The translations under genes and the position numbers were made by a program. The notes under the pieces are model-generated. The model saw only the letters and a list, made by a program, of their open reading frames with translations. It was not told the origin of the DNA and did not search any database. DNA of 64,000 nucleotides from contig CAVZZO010000001.1 in assembly GCA_963779755.1 (NCBI GenBank), positions 2,112,001-2,176,000 on the forward strand. The letters are read 5' to 3'. The stretch comes from an uncultured Gemmatimonadales bacterium (lineage in GTDB: Bacteria > Gemmatimonadota > Gemmatimonadetes > Gemmatimonadales > GWC2-71-9). Of the stretch, positions 62,473-64,000 are shown piece by piece. Each line of letters starts with the position of its first letter. Position 1 is the stretch's first letter.

Positions 62473-64000
62473 TGAACGGGACCTGGCTGGATTACCGGGA
62501 GGAGTCACTGGCCGGGCTGTCGGCAGGCCGGCGGGCCTGGTTCCATGCTTCGCGCTGGCTGCTGGTCCTGCTGGTGGCGGTGGCGGCGCGGCTGGCCTTC
62601 CCCACGACCGCCTCGCTCGACGTGCCGGTCTACGCCCAGGGCACGATGGCCGAGCGGGAGGTGGTCGCCCCCGTCACCTTTGCCGTGCCCGATTCCGCCG
62701 GCCAGGCCACGGCCGACGAGCCGCCGCACCTGGTTCGCGCCGGCGACCGGATCGTGTCGGCGGGCGAGGTGGTCTCCGAGGAGACCCATAACGAGCTGGC
62801 CGCCCTGCGGCACGAGCTGCTGCGCCGGGGGCCGGACCGGCGGCTGCTGCGGACCTTCGTGGGCCCGGTGCTGTTCAACGCGCTGGTTGTGGGCACCTTC
62901 TGGCTGATGCTGCTGCTCTACCGCTGGGAGACCTATCGGGAATACCGGGAGCTGGTGTTCCTCACCGGGTGCTTCATCGCGGTGGTGCTGGTGGCCTCGG
63001 CCGTGTCGCGCATCTTTCCCGACCGTCCCGAGCTGGTCCCGGTGCCGTTTGCCGCCATACTGATCACCATCCTCTACAACGGGCGTCTGGCGGTGGTGGC
63101 GGCAATGATGCTGGCCATTCTGCTGGGCAGCCAGTGGGCGCTGGAGAGCACCCATCTCCTGTTCATCGCGCTGGTCTCGGGCGTGGCGGCTGCGATCGGT
63201 ACCAGAGCCGTGCGGCGGCGCAAGCATCTCTACCGCAGCATCGGCACCATCACCGCGGCCTACGCCATTGCGGCCGCCACGCTGGGGCTGCTCTACGGCT
63301 GGTCTCCCTATGAGATCATGGCCAGCGTGGTCGCGGGCGCGGTGACCGCGCTGGGCAGCGCGTCGGTGGCCATGCTGCTGCTGCCGGTGGCCGAGGCGGT
63401 CACCCGGATCACCACCGATATCACCCTGCTCGAGCTGTCGGACCCGACCCGGCCGCTGCTGCGCCGGCTGGCCACCGAGGCGCCGGGGACCTATGCGCAC
63501 AGCATCGGCATGGCCAATCTGTGCGAGGCCGGTTGCGCCGCCATCGGGGCCAACGGCCTGCTGGCGCGGGTGGGCTGTTACTACCACGACATCGGCAAGG
63601 TGATGCGGCCGCAGTATTTTACCGAGAACCAGGTGTCGGGGTACAACCCGCACGACCGGCTCTCCGCCGACCGCTCGGCCCGCATTATCCGCGACCACGT
63701 AATCGATGGGCTGGAGCTGGCGCGGGAGGCGGGGCTGCCGGAGGCGGTCCGGGCGTTTATCGCCGAGCACCACGGCACCATGTACATGGATTATTTCCGC
63801 GACCGGGCCCGCCGCGAGGGATCGGCTTCCGAGAGCGAGAACTTCCGCTACCCGGGGCCCACGCCGCACACGGTCGAAACCGCCGTCGCCATGCTGGCCG
63901 ACTCCTCCGAGGCGGCGCTCCGGGTGCTGGGCGCGCCCTCGCCGGAGCGAATCCGCAGCGCCATCGAGTTCCTCTTCAACCAGAAGATCGAGGCGGGCCA
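62472..64000 (+). CDS. 7TM-HD (HDIG) phosphodiesterase, PgpH-like; 3'-truncated by window edge
   Basis: ATG overlaps the phoH stop; manual translation gives multiple TMs, EAPGTYAHS, YYHDIGK, YFTENQ, EHHGT and FRYPGP; absent from the ORF track because no stop lies in the window. Confidence 0.88.
   Translation, partial: MNGTWLDYREESLAGLSAGRRAWFHASRWLLVLLVAVAARLAFPTTASLDVPVYAQGTMAEREVVAPVTFAVPDSAGQATADEPPHLVRAGDRIVSAGEVVSEETHNELAALRHELLRRGPDRRLLRTFVGPVLFNALVVGTFWLMLLLYRWETYREYRELVFLTGCFIAVVLVASAVSRIFPDRPELVPVPFAAILITILYNGRLAVVAAMMLAILLGSQWALESTHLLFIALVSGVAAAIGTRAVRRRKHLYRSIGTITAAYAIAAATLGLLYGWSPYEIMASVVAGAVTALGSASVAMLLLPVAEAVTRITTDITLLELSDPTRPLLRRLATEAPGTYAHSIGMANLCEAGCAAIGANGLLARVGCYYHDIGKVMRPQYFTENQVSGYNPHDRLSADRSARIIRDHVIDGLELAREAGLPEAVRAFIAEHHGTMYMDYFRDRARREGSASESENFRYPGPTPHTVETAVAMLADSSEAALRVLGAPSPERIRSAIEFLFNQKIEAG

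Overview
High-GC bacterial chromosome segment (roughly 70% GC by eye). Gene content and order suggest Gemmatimonadota, which is an inference. Most of the window is housekeeping: mrdA-rodA-accD-folC, hisS-proS-lysA-guaA, dusB-larB-GGDEF-ssrA (tmRNA), purE, a minus-strand lexA-truA-htrA-purB-purC-psd-pssA-purSQ-purL-purF-ppdK cluster, a HEAT/HD-GYP/chemoreceptor-folK-panBCD-yqeK operon, a glycerate kinase/reductase pair, rlmN, and ptsN-aspS-phoH-7TM-HD. No tRNA, rRNA, CRISPR array, transposase, integrase or reverse transcriptase was seen. The most unusual signals are these. (1) Many intergenic elements are built from inverted arrays of 7-9 bp units, and one pair brackets a four-helix-bundle (23S-IVP/Avd-like) gene next to ssrA while the rest carry no gene. 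(2) A HEAT-repeat protein and an HD-GYP protein share a paralogous N-terminal domain, and the HD-GYP has an RxxQ (possible cGAMP-type) signature. (3) A direct-repeat candidate LexA box overlaps the lexA promoter. (4) An 87-bp duplication brackets a MarR-monooxygenase-VOC cassette. (5) There is a 77-bp structured tandem array and a 14-copy octamer microsatellite. (6) Two divergent genes share one CATG start, and many genes look leaderless.
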